Of a DNA stretch of 64,000 bases, positions 52,526 through 61,200 are shown one piece after another. Position 1 is the first letter of the stretch. The number at the start of each line of letters is the position of its first letter. A program made the position numbers and the translations under genes. Below the pieces are notes generated by a model, which saw nothing but the letters and a program-made list of their open reading frames with translations, was not told the DNA's origin and ran no database searches. The stretch is from a virus: the IMG/VR virus record IMGVR_UViG_3300045988_162176, positions 1 to 64,000 of that record; one strand, 5' to 3'.

Positions 52526-52554
52526 AATATACCATAAAAGAGAAGTGTTGTCAA
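52526..52554 (-). promoter_or_regulatory. promoter TTGACA-N17-TATATT with TGG, embedded in a hairpin
   Basis: -35 at 52549-52554, -10 at 52526-52531. The spacer arm 52537-52549 pairs with the SD arm 52500-52512. Confidence 0.7.
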
Positions 52555-52574
52555 CTATTTATTAAATTAAATTG

Positions 52575-52880
52575 TTAGTTTTCCTTGGGCTTAATAGTAA
52601 TAATTGAATCAATTTTCTTAACAAAAACAGAAAATCCATAATATTCTGAGATAAAATCACACATATCCTTGAAGAGTTGATGGTTAATTACATTTAAATA
52701 TTGTGGATAAATAGTATAAATACAAACATTTTCAAGTTCATAATCATAACTGATAAAGAAAGTATCTGTTAAAGTAGCCAGAGTTTCATCTTGGTCAATA
52801 ATACGCTGAATAAAATCTGCAATTTCCTAGTCAATAGGGGAAGTAATATCAGAAATTATCTCATATTTCTTTTTGTTCAT
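52575..52880 (-). CDS. hypothetical protein (101 aa, TAG at codon 18)
   Basis: ATG 52880 after GAGGAA. Translated by hand; absent from the ORF track because of the TAG. Confidence 0.6.
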
Positions 52881-53226
52881 TGCTTTTTTCCTCGCTTAAA
52901 TCGCTTAAATATTCATCTAATACACTATCAACATTACCACTTACAAAGATGATAGGAGGGTCTTCTTTGGAATAGGGATAAGAAGTAGAATTAAGATATT
53001 CATAGTCTTTAGGCATTACACAAGCCCAATGATTTAGTTTGGGTACATAAACAAGATTAGAAAAACCCCAGTTATAAAACAAATCAAGTTCTCTCGCAGT
53101 AAAATTTAATCTGTAAGCTTCATGTTTATAATATTCAGATTTCTTTTTATCGTTTGTTTTATTAGAAGCTTTAAGATAATCTTTTAAAATTTCTTCAATT
53201 TTAAGACAAGTATCAAAAATTTTCAT
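52861..53226 (-). CDS. hypothetical protein (121 aa)
   Basis: Start at ATG 53226 (TAATG overlap) after GGAGGAA. Confidence 0.65.
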   Translation of the reverse strand: MKIFDTCLKIEEILKDYLKASNKTNDKKKSEYYKHEAYRLNFTARELDLFYNWGFSNLVYVPKLNHWACVMPKDYEYLNSTSYPYSKEDPPIIFVSGNVDSVLDEYLSDLSEEKSNEQKEI

Positions 53227-54257
53227 TATTCCTCCACATAACAGATATAGCAATTATATCCTTTTTCAGCTAAATCAGCCTTAACCTTTTCAGCACCAGA
53301 CTTTTTAGCAAAGAATCCTACTTGAACCTTGTAAAGTTTGGTTTTATGGTCTAGTATACAGAAAGCAGTTGAATAATCAATAATACCAGTTAAGGTGCGA
53401 ATCTCATTACGGTAGGTAATCGCACGAGCAGAATTACTAAAAGCTCCCAACTGACAGCGATAGCCAGTCTTTTTAGGACGGTTTTCCTCTTTCTTATCAA
53501 TTTTATTCTGTTTCTTTTCTTCTATCTCTGCTTTTTCTCTTTCGGCATTAGAACGAAGCCAGAAAGCGAGAATAGAATCAACAGGTCTCAACCAACCAGA
53601 AGCAGAAAGTCGTGTTCCTTCAAAGTTTGTGTAAGTAGAATTTCCACCATCCTGATTGCAACAATAATCTACATCAGGAAAAAGAGATTTAATAAAGTTC
53701 TGAGCAGTAGAAAGCTTCATACCACCAGACACAACAGAAACAATAAAGTACTTTTCATTCTTGGGATTGCCATCTGTCTTTGTCCAACCGAACATCTGTC
53801 TCTTAGCTTCGTAATCAATATCAGCATAGTTCTTTACAGATTGAGGTTGCTTATTTTTAAACAGGGCAGGATATTCTGTGCCAAAATCTCTCCAACCAAC
53901 GCCATTGTTAAATACGCCATTCATAATCTTTCCAGAATTTGTAATACCCCAACCATTAGAGAAATTACTATCTTTGGCATAAACAGTATTGTTGCTTTTC
54001 AAATTCCAGATAGAAGTTCCACTTGCAGTATCAAAGAAGAAAGCGTTCGTTACAATATCAGGCTTGTAGCCATAAAGATTATACATCTTTTCAGGGCTTA
54101 ACTTGGGTTGAGTACACATATCAATACTTGCACTCTTTAATTCGCTTTTAGGCCAATCAATTACAACTACATTGTTATAAGTAACCCCTCTTACAATAGG
54201 GTGATACCAACGAAGCAGAGAATTGTTTTTACCATAATGATACTAAATATTTGCCAT
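53226..54257 (-). CDS. putative cell-wall hydrolase: DUF2233/phosphodiester-glycosidase-like domain plus C-terminal SPOR domain (343 aa, TAG at codon 5)
   Basis: ATG 54257 after TGGAG, and in frame with the 297-aa track ORF if TAG 54243-54245 is sense. NQDGGNST motif; C-terminal YRCQLGAFSN...YKVQVGFFAKKSGAEKV is SPOR-like. Confidence 0.6.
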
Positions 54258-54333
54258 GTTATCTCCATTCTTCTATATATTTCAATAGATTAATTTAAAT
54301 TAAAATAAAGGACAAGTATCCTTTTCTATTATT

Positions 54334-54362
54334 AGTTTAGCATAAAAAAGAATACTTGTCAA
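54334..54362 (-). promoter_or_regulatory. promoter TTGACA-N17-TAAACT with TGC
   Basis: -35 at 54357-54362, -10 at 54334-54339. Followed by a leader hairpin AAAGGA/TCCTTT plus a T-rich run before the lysin gene. Confidence 0.6.
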
Positions 54363-54388
54363 TATTTAAATTGTTAAATTTTTATGAA

Positions 54389-54775
54389 TTATACTTCTTT
54401 GTAAGGTTCTGTAATGGGAACATCTACCTTTTTCTTTTTATTATATGTACGCTTCTTGGTAGTTTCAAGAGTTACATTGTTAGTAACAGTCTCTTCCTTA
54501 GAAAGATAAATATTCATAACAGGAACAAGCTTAAGCTCTTCAATGGTAATGCTTGTCCAGTCATAGTACTTAGGAGGAAGATTGGTTTCATCAAAATGGA
54601 ATTTAAACCACTTTTCTGCTGAGAGGGGACAACTAAAACGTCTCGCCTTATCAAAATCAACAAAGAAGCCAGTAAGACCGAGATAATCTTCTCCTGCATA
54701 AAGAGTCTTAATTTCAGAATCTCGGTTTGCTTTAATGGTAATATAATACACAGGCTGATTTTTAAGAGCCACCAT
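54389..54775 (-). CDS. hypothetical protein (128 aa), TTYAGY-motif family
   Basis: SD AAAGGAG; KTLYAGEDY...FDKARRF. Confidence 0.7.
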   Translation of the reverse strand: MVALKNQPVYYITIKANRDSEIKTLYAGEDYLGLTGFFVDFDKARRFSCPLSAEKWFKFHFDETNLPPKYYDWTSITIEELKLVPVMNIYLSKEETVTNNVTLETTKKRTYNKKKKVDVPITEPYKEV

Positions 54776-54786
54776 AATATTCTCCT

Positions 54787-55119
54787 TTAATGCATGATAG
54801 TATACTTACTTCCAATTTCTACCTTGATAATCTTTGCGTAATTGAAATCATATTCCTTGGCATAAGTCTTATTTTCAAGGAAGAACTTCTTATTTTTGCC
54901 CCACCATTCCTTAGCATCTTTCTCTGTGTCAAAAGAATAGCAAGAAAGAGTAAACTGTTCCGCAATAAGATAGGGAACGTTTGCCCAACCTCTATTAGCA
55001 AAACCATAAGAGGGAGATTCACCATAATTAAGAGGTAATTTCTTTCTAGGAATACCAACACAGTAATAAGTCTCCATGTTAGAATGAGCAAGACCATTAT
55101 CTGTAAGATTAAAAACCAT
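54787..55119 (-). CDS. hypothetical protein (110 aa)
   Basis: Start moved to ATG 55119 (GGAAAG upstream); overlaps the upstream gene end by 11 nt. Confidence 0.6.
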   Translation of the reverse strand: MVFNLTDNGLAHSNMETYYCVGIPRKKLPLNYGESPSYGFANRGWANVPYLIAEQFTLSCYSFDTEKDAKEWWGKNKKFFLENKTYAKEYDFNYAKIIKVEIGSKYTIMH

Positions 55120-55618
55120 TGTTCTTTCCGTCCCTTTCTGCAATCTGTTTTTTAAGATTGTCAATATGAGCCAACTTTTGTCTCAAGGTTTCTTTTGTGC
55201 CTTCAATTCTATTGGCATAATATTCAAAGCTGGTTTGCAAACGCTTAAAAGATTTCTCTTCTTCATCATAAGCGTGTTCAGCTTTAGCCAATGCTTCATC
55301 AAGAGAATCTCTAACGGGAAAATTATCAGCGAAAGAAATTTTTCTATTCTTGGGAATGTGAACATAAAAACGTCTGCTATTAAGACTAGCAAGAGGATTG
55401 TTTTGTCTCCAACTCATATATTTTTCGTAAGATTCAAAGACGTAATTTTGATAAGAATTTTTTCTAATTGTAATTACTTCTGTAGAACCTGATACTCGAC
55501 AGACATAAAAATCTTTGTTCTCATAAACGACAGGATACACAGAAATAGACTTGATATCATGATGAATTTCAACAATCTTTCCGTGTTCCCAAGGTTTCAT
55601 AGCTTCGTAGTTATCCAT
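55109..55618 (-). CDS. hypothetical protein (169 aa)
   Basis: SD AAGGAGG upstream of ATG. Confidence 0.7.
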   Translation of the reverse strand: MDNYEAMKPWEHGKIVEIHHDIKSISVYPVVYENKDFYVCRVSGSTEVITIRKNSYQNYVFESYEKYMSWRQNNPLASLNSRRFYVHIPKNRKISFADNFPVRDSLDEALAKAEHAYDEEEKSFKRLQTSFEYYANRIEGTKETLRQKLAHIDNLKKQIAERDGKNNGF

Positions 55619-55629
55619 GTTAAACCTCC

Positions 55630-56034
55630 TTAAAAGTTTTCAGGGGAAGTGTGATATTTATTATCCATTAAAGAAGTGGTAACAACATGTTCTTTTCGAA
55701 TAACAGAAAAATAATGTTCAAGATATTGAGGCGCATTAGGAAAAGGACTAGGATTATTGTAGGATTTAACAGCTTTAACAAAAGTGTTAATTAAATTTTC
55801 ACTGTTTGGGTCAGATTTAAATTCCCCAACCAATGCTAAAGCCTCTCCTTCAGAATTAGCACTGAGAATATTGTCTTCTTCATAAGTTTGCGAAAAGAAA
55901 TAATTGTGGACAAAATACATAAGGTCGCGCTTAATAAAATAAATACATTTGTATTTATTAAACTTAACCACAAGAACAGGATAATAGGTAATAATTTTGT
56001 TTTCTACTACATTATTTCCAATTTTATAATTCAT
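55630..56034 (-). CDS. hypothetical protein (134 aa)
   Basis: SD GAGGTG upstream of ATG. Confidence 0.7.
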   Translation of the reverse strand: MNYKIGNNVVENKIITYYPVLVVKFNKYKCIYFIKRDLMYFVHNYFFSQTYEEDNILSANSEGEALALVGEFKSDPNSENLINTFVKAVKSYNNPSPFPNAPQYLEHYFSVIRKEHVVTTSLMDNKYHTSPENF

Positions 56035-56043
56035 AATTTCACC

Positions 56044-56382
56044 TCAAATATTTTTTAGTTCGATTACAGTTTTAAGAGTGCAAGCATTTTTTCCAGCAAA
56101 CACAAAGACAAAACCTTTATAATAATAAATACGTTCGCTATTAGATTTAGTGCGGAAACGACGTTTAAAAGCATACATTTCTTCACTGGTTAGTCCATTT
56201 TTCTCGTAGTTGTAAATAGTTAAAGCATCAAGATTGATGCCTTTGTTACGAGCATTACAAGCTAACTGACGAAGCTCTCTTTCGTTCTTAATACCAAGTC
56301 TTTCCAATCCACGGTCACGAGAATGAAAAGTTAGCTTGATTTTATCAGAACCAATTTTGTTGTGAAAATTACGATTGTACAT
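56044..56382 (-). CDS. hypothetical protein (112 aa)
   Basis: SD GAAAGGAG upstream of ATG. Confidence 0.7.
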   Translation of the reverse strand: MYNRNFHNKIGSDKIKLTFHSRDRGLERLGIKNERELRQLACNARNKGINLDALTIYNYEKNGLTSEEMYAFKRRFRTKSNSERIYYYKGFVFVFAGKNACTLKTVIELKNI

Positions 56383-56423
56383 TTATTAAACAACTCCTTT
56401 CGGTGGATTCACTTCATATTTAA

Positions 56424-56452
56424 AGTATACCAGACCTAAAAGGAGTTGTCAA
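56424..56452 (-). promoter_or_regulatory. promoter TTGACA-N17-TATACT with TGG, embedded in a hairpin
   Basis: -35 at 56447-56452, -10 at 56424-56429. Arms 56439-56449 / 56390-56400 pair the spacer with the SD. Confidence 0.7.
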
Positions 56453-56459
56453 GTGTTTA

Positions 56460-56948
56460 TTAAATTGATTCTGGGAATACAGCTAATCTTTCTCTAAGAG
56501 CCGCATACTCTTTTAAAATCTGGTTATAATTATCAATAGCGTCTTTAGTTCCTTCTTCTGCTTCTTCAATGGTAAGAAGTTCAAGAGAAGTATTGTCTCC
56601 CCGACTGTCAATTTTTACGCCAATAAGATAATACTTCTGACCATTTTGATGATTAAAGCAAAATTCAGCTAAGGTTTTCTTTTGCCAAGAACTAATATAA
56701 ATCCTTAGAGAATATTCTAAAAAGCTAAGAAGATAAGCAGGAGTAGCTTCTTCTCCCATAACAAACCAATATTCGTCTTCGCTTTCATAAGGATTGGGAA
56801 TATAGAAGCAACGCTTTACCATTACGGCACGAATATCAGAACTTTTTTCATAGGCAAAACATTCCTCTTCTGTATTGAACATACGACCATCTTCTGCAAC
56901 CCAATACGTTTTTTCTGTTGCAGGAACTACTTCTTTCTGCATTTTCAT
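56460..56948 (-). CDS. hypothetical protein (162 aa)
   Basis: ORF track; AAGGA upstream. Confidence 0.65.
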   Translation of the reverse strand: MKMQKEVVPATEKTYWVAEDGRMFNTEEECFAYEKSSDIRAVMVKRCFYIPNPYESEDEYWFVMGEEATPAYLLSFLEYSLRIYISSWQKKTLAEFCFNHQNGQKYYLIGVKIDSRGDNTSLELLTIEEAEEGTKDAIDNYNQILKEYAALRERLAVFPESI

Positions 56949-56949
56949 A

Positions 56950-57300
56950 TTAATTAAAATCCTTAATTACTTTATAATAAAATTCATCTTTTAATTTATC
57001 AGAAATGATGCCCATCTTGTGAAAATGCTCGTTTAGTTTAATGCAAGCTAATTTAATAAATTCGTTATAATTAAATATCCATGTCCAACCTAAAACAAGG
57101 TTTATGATTGGAAGAGCACTTAAAATAAGAATTTGAATAATTGGAATTGCAGAACCAGTACTGGATAATTTAATTTTAACATTTCTTGCATCAAAAAAAT
57201 TATTCACATATTTTGTAATTTCTTTGACAAGATAAAAGAAAACCAAAACATCCAGAATAAAAACAAATCGCCAAACATTAATTAGAATTTTTAGAATCAT
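56950..57300 (-). CDS. hypothetical membrane protein (116 aa)
   Basis: ORF track; two or three hydrophobic segments; overlaps the end of 57278-57505. Confidence 0.55.
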   Translation of the reverse strand: MILKILINVWRFVFILDVLVFFYLVKEITKYVNNFFDARNVKIKLSSTGSAIPIIQILILSALPIINLVLGWTWIFNYNEFIKLACIKLNEHFHKMGIISDKLKDEFYYKVIKDFN

Positions 57301-57505
57301 CTGTCTTTGTATCTTTCTCCTTTACTTCTTCAACTTCTTTCGGGACTTCTTTGAATTTTTTACAAAGATAAGATAAATGCCCCATGGAATTATATGTAAA
57401 TCCACTTTCATGATGTCTTACACAATCCTTCCATGGGCATTTCTTTTCATCACAGCCAGTAAAAGGAAGTAAAGATATCTATCTGTCACCTTTTGGAATA
57501 TACAT
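57278..57505 (-). CDS. hypothetical protein (75 aa, TAG at codon 9)
   Basis: ATG 57505 after AGGAG. Hand translation MYIPKGDR(TAG)ISLLPFTGCDEKKCPW...; TAA at 57278-57280. Confidence 0.55.
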
Positions 57506-57528
57506 TTATTTTTCTCCTATATGTATTA

Positions 57529-58065
57529 TTATCCCTTAATTTGAATATAAGGGATAGACTCGGGACCAATATCAAAGTCCCATCCGTTTTCCACAATTTT
57601 TTCAAGAAAAGTCTTGTTATTTGCCAGATTCCAAACAATATTACTACAGCAATCTTTATGAATGGTATAATAAGGATGCTTGATATTTTTTTCACGACCA
57701 ACTTCAAAAAGACGCCCCATAATGACATTAAAGAAATAACTTGCATCATTATCTTTAAAAGTCTGATTCCAAACTTCTGCATCTTCCTTTGCTTTTGCGC
57801 TGGTAATATCAACCCAAGAACCATCTTCATTCTTTTGAAAGGAGAGTTCATACCCTCTACACTCGCAAAGCTCTTTAAATCGCTTATCATTGGTTAGAAT
57901 TTTCCATAAAGTCGGAGTGAGCTGGAAACTTTCAAAACGTGCAACACTATATCCCAAACTGGAATTGTGGTCAAGACGTTCTTCGATATAACTAAGAAGC
58001 TTGGTGATATTATTATTCTTATTATTGCTCTTGTATTCTTCAAGATATTCCTGTTTAGTAAACAT
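57529..58065 (-). CDS. hypothetical protein (178 aa)
   Basis: GGGAG upstream of ATG. Confidence 0.7.
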   Translation of the reverse strand: MFTKQEYLEEYKSNNKNNNITKLLSYIEERLDHNSSLGYSVARFESFQLTPTLWKILTNDKRFKELCECRGYELSFQKNEDGSWVDITSAKAKEDAEVWNQTFKDNDASYFFNVIMGRLFEVGREKNIKHPYYTIHKDCCSNIVWNLANNKTFLEKIVENGWDFDIGPESIPYIQIKG

Positions 58066-58104
58066 AATTTAACAACTCCCATTGCTTTTTTAGTTGATAT
58101 TTAT

Positions 58105-58133
58105 ATAATACTACAAGCAAAGAGAGTTGTCAA
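58105..58133 (-). promoter_or_regulatory. promoter TTGACA-N17-TATTAT, embedded in a hairpin
   Basis: -35 at 58128-58133, -10 at 58105-58110. The spacer ACAACTCTC pairs with GGGAGTTGT at the SD. Confidence 0.65.
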
Positions 58134-58140
58134 GTGGTTA

Positions 58141-58530
58141 TTAAGTTTTTTTACCAATTTTATAAGGGTATAATTTTAATTCTTCTGATAAATCTTTATA
58201 CTGGATAGCTTTTTCTTCAATAAGATAAGAATCATTTTTCTTTTTTGAAGATTTCATATCTTTAAGATTTTTGCTACCACAATAAGGACAATAAATAAAT
58301 TCTTTTTCGAGAGCATATCTTGTAATGAATTCTGGATTAGATAAAGTAGAAGTTGCGTGCATATATTCTCTGCAATTTATACAATAAGAATAAAAAGCTC
58401 CATCATGGATAAATTTAATTACAAGCCAGTCTCCATTTCGAAATAAGACTCTGTAACGAGGGTCATTACCATTGTACTGATAATCACTGTACTTCGCTTG
58501 TCTTATCTTCTTTCTTTGTTTCTTCGACAT
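58141..58530 (-). CDS. hypothetical zinc-ribbon protein (129 aa)
   Basis: ORF track; CINC...CPYCG. Confidence 0.65.
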   Translation of the reverse strand: MSKKQRKKIRQAKYSDYQYNGNDPRYRVLFRNGDWLVIKFIHDGAFYSYCINCREYMHATSTLSNPEFITRYALEKEFIYCPYCGSKNLKDMKSSKKKNDSYLIEEKAIQYKDLSEELKLYPYKIGKKT

Positions 58531-58535
58531 TTTCT

Positions 58536-58832
58536 TTATTTTAACTTTCCTTGAAATAAATATGTTACTGTAGTATTTGTTTTGTCGGCAATAATCATAA
58601 AATCACGGCAAGTAAGAAAATATTTTTTATGAATAATTTTTCTTACATTCTTTTCTGAAATATTAAGAAATTCAGCCCACTGCTTGTATGAATAAGGACT
58701 TGCTTTCATTACTTTGCTTACTCGCTTTAATTTATCCATATAAGGTTTATTAGGATGAATATAATAGAATTTAATATAATACCAAAAACCAAGAAGTTTA
58801 TTTTTAAAATTTTTCATGGCTTCTTTTTCCAT
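58536..58832 (-). CDS. helix-turn-helix (XRE-like) protein (98 aa)
   Basis: KQWAEFLNISEKNVRKIIHKK resembles an HTH. No clear SD. Confidence 0.5.
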   Translation of the reverse strand: MEKEAMKNFKNKLLGFWYYIKFYYIHPNKPYMDKLKRVSKVMKASPYSYKQWAEFLNISEKNVRKIIHKKYFLTCRDFMIIADKTNTTVTYLFQGKLK

Positions 58833-58847
58833 TATTCGAAAGTATTT

Positions 58848-59033
58848 TTAAGAATTGCTTTTTTGAAGAAATTCTTCCACATTCTTTAAACAATTACTAC
58901 ATAAATCATAAGATTGATAATCATCCCAAATTTCGCCGCCACGTTCAAAATGTCTTTTTATTTTTAAAATATTAATATTGAAAGGATTTGAAATAGGCAT
59001 TCCGCATCTATCGCAAAAACATTTAGTTGCCAT
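58848..59033 (-). CDS. hypothetical zinc-ribbon protein (61 aa)
   Basis: Start moved to ATG 59033 after AAAGGAG; CDRCG...CSNC. Confidence 0.65.
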   Translation of the reverse strand: MATKCFCDRCGMPISNPFNINILKIKRHFERGGEIWDDYQSYDLCSNCLKNVEEFLQKSNS

Positions 59034-59325
59034 TTTGTTTTTCTCCTTTGTAGTATTTCTTCTCAATCATCTGGTCGATACAGCCTTTATAACAACCTCG
59101 ATGAACTGTTCTTATATGACCTTTATGCCAAATCCATTTCCACCAAGGTAAATATCCTTTGTAATGAAAATCATGCTCCCCTTCTTCATCAAGCCACATC
59201 CAATGTGGGCAAGGAACTTTATTCAAAAAAACAGGAAGATACATTATTTTAATTTTAGGATTTTTTATTTTAGCTTTAATAGCTTCAAATAAACAATTAG
59301 AATAAAAGTCTTTTGAATTTTTCAT
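59023..59325 (-). CDS. hypothetical protein (100 aa)
   Basis: ATGA overlap with the upstream stop. Confidence 0.65.
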   Translation of the reverse strand: MKNSKDFYSNCLFEAIKAKIKNPKIKIMYLPVFLNKVPCPHWMWLDEEGEHDFHYKGYLPWWKWIWHKGHIRTVHRGCYKGCIDQMIEKKYYKGEKQNGN

Positions 59326-59816
59326 TTACTAATCCTATCTGCAATCGTACTTGCTACAAAACTATCTGGTTTAACAGTTGGTTCGTAACCAGCACCTTTT
59401 AACCACCCAACAATTTCTGGAATTACTTGACCACTTGGTCCAGCATATCCAGCATCTACATGAATCCCAATGCTAGTATACTTTTCATAGTCAAAATTTT
59501 CTTGAATAGACAAAGTTGTTAATTCATCAATTAACTGGTCAGCATATACAATGCTTAATTCAGTTTCCTTGTGAATTTTAACTTTTAAATTTAAAATAAT
59601 GGGGAGCTTTTGAATTTCATAGAAGAACTTACCACCTTTGCCATCGGTATAGACAGCAATGACAATGACGGCTTTTGTTTCATCTTTGTGATTTTGACTA
59701 TCAGTACCAATGACAATATGATTATGTTCTGCTACATCTGCATGGTCTCTAATATAGTCAAAAATAATTTCGGCTATTTGGCGCATATTTACTCGTCCAT
59801 ATGTCGGACTAATCAT
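59322..59816 (-). CDS. YkuK/DUF458-like RNase H-fold protein (164 aa)
   Basis: SD AAAGGAA; IVIGTDSQ, IHVDAGYAGPSG and KPDSFVASTIADR motifs resemble the YkuK family (by eye). Confidence 0.6.
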   Translation of the reverse strand: MISPTYGRVNMRQIAEIIFDYIRDHADVAEHNHIVIGTDSQNHKDETKAVIVIAVYTDGKGGKFFYEIQKLPIILNLKVKIHKETELSIVYADQLIDELTTLSIQENFDYEKYTSIGIHVDAGYAGPSGQVIPEIVGWLKGAGYEPTVKPDSFVASTIADRISK

Positions 59817-59842
59817 ATTATCATTCCTTTACTTTGTTTTAA

Positions 59843-60676
59843 TTATAAACTGTTAAGTTTATCTATGATTTGATTAAACTTATCAATTGTTTTAGAAGAG
59901 AATTCGTATTTTTTGTTCGTGTTTCTATCGTAAATTGTACTAATTACACTACCAGAATCATACTTATAGTAAAAATCGTCCTTCGTAAAATGAGGAAGTT
60001 TTGCCTTAGCTTCTTTAACAGGCATTTCTACAACAACACGAGTTGTAGTAAAAATCTCATAATCTTCTGGATTATAAAACCAATTCAGTTCTTTCTTGAG
60101 AGCTTTAATAGAAGTGAAATACTTAGCTCCATCTTTATCTGTAACAAGTGGCGTATCTCCAAAAGTACTCATTCCTTTATAATAGCACTCTTCGGGATTA
60201 GAACCTTTAACAAACTCAGAATTAATTTTAGCAATATAAACTTGCTCTTCTGTTTTTGTTTCTGTCTCTTTTTTTAGAGGCTTTCGAATTGTAATTTCTT
60301 CAATTTCATAATCTTCTTCATTGAAAAACCAATCAGCCGTGCATTTTGCTTCAAAGAAAGTTTTAAAAGGATAAGCTTCTTCTTTCTTACCAAAAACAAC
60401 TTCTTCATGATGTAAACCAGACGCATTACAATAATAATTTTTTCCTTCTGTGGGAACTTCATGTTCTTTTGCATTAGATTTAATACAAATAACATCAGGT
60501 TTAACACGAATAATAAAACGTTTGTTTGAATCATTACCATTTTTAAGATTTTCATTTAGCAAAGTGCCACATACAGGACAATAATTAGCATGGACATAAA
60601 AATCCCCATGGTCAATAAGATTCTTTTTACTTGTAGCGTTAATAGTGAATCTATAATTCTCACACCACTTACACAT
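59843..60676 (-). CDS. hypothetical protein (277 aa), zinc-ribbon plus two internal repeats
   Basis: SD GAAAGGAG; CKWC...CPVCG; two WF.NEEDYEI-type repeat modules. Confidence 0.7.
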   Translation of the reverse strand: MCKWCENYRFTINATSKKNLIDHGDFYVHANYCPVCGTLLNENLKNGNDSNKRFIIRVKPDVICIKSNAKEHEVPTEGKNYYCNASGLHHEEVVFGKKEEAYPFKTFFEAKCTADWFFNEEDYEIEEITIRKPLKKETETKTEEQVYIAKINSEFVKGSNPEECYYKGMSTFGDTPLVTDKDGAKYFTSIKALKKELNWFYNPEDYEIFTTTRVVVEMPVKEAKAKLPHFTKDDFYYKYDSGSVISTIYDRNTNKKYEFSSKTIDKFNQIIDKLNSL

Positions 60677-60713
60677 ATAGAAAAGACTCCTTTCAGTCTA
60701 ATTTACTATCAAT

Positions 60714-60742
60714 AGTATAAACCAAAAAGAGTCTGTTGTCAA
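60714..60742 (-). promoter_or_regulatory. promoter TTGACA-N17-TATACT, embedded in a hairpin
   Basis: -35 at 60737-60742, -10 at 60714-60719. The spacer AGACTCTTT pairs with AAAGGAGTCT at the SD. Confidence 0.65.
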
Positions 60743-60747
60743 GAGTT

Positions 60748-61017
60748 TTATTTAATTTTCTTTTGTTTTCTTATTTCACTTTGAATTTTAAACCAATAAA
60801 TTGCTGCCATAACAAGAGCAATAGGCCAACAAAAAATCAAAGTTAAATAATGTAATAAGGTTACTTCTTTATCATTTTTATTAGCAGGACAATTATAAAC
60901 ATTATATGTTACTGCAAGCCCACATAAAAGATAAAGAGCAAAACCTATTAGAGATACATCATTCAATCTCATTGGTAAGTTGCCACTCAAAATGTATTTA
61001 AATATATTTAAACACAT
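60748..61017 (-). CDS. hypothetical small membrane protein (89 aa or shorter)
   Basis: Two hydrophobic segments. No SD before ATG 61017 or the internal ATG. Lies directly downstream of the tnpB 3' region. Confidence 0.4.
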   Translation of the reverse strand: MCLNIFKYILSGNLPMRLNDVSLIGFALYLLCGLAVTYNVYNCPANKNDKEVTLLHYLTLIFCWPIALVMAAIYWFKIQSEIRKQKKIK

Positions 61018-61019
61018 CG

Positions 61020-61200
61020 AGAAATTGAAATCCTTACGGATAATTCTTACTGCTTCATAATATATGCTTTCACGATTATAAATAATCCGCTATTCGCAGG
61101 TCCTTGTATATTCCACAGTCGTAAATTCCCGAAATAGCCTTCGGTACATACTTATGATTGCTTAATTATACAATTTCATAAGTTAAAGCATCTCTCAAAT
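61020..61200 (-). ncRNA. candidate TnpB guide RNA (omega/reRNA) scaffold
   Basis: Overlaps the tnpB 3' end and the 150-nt ORF-free tail. Minus-sense hairpins CCGAA..TTCGG, GATTAT..ATAATC and ATCC-GTAA-GGAT. Confidence 0.4.

Noticed and set aside
57486-57897. Overlapping 134-aa ORFs on both strands (57486-57890 and 57493-57897)
   Set aside because: They overlap the SD-led gene 57529-58065 in other frames and have no start signals of their own.
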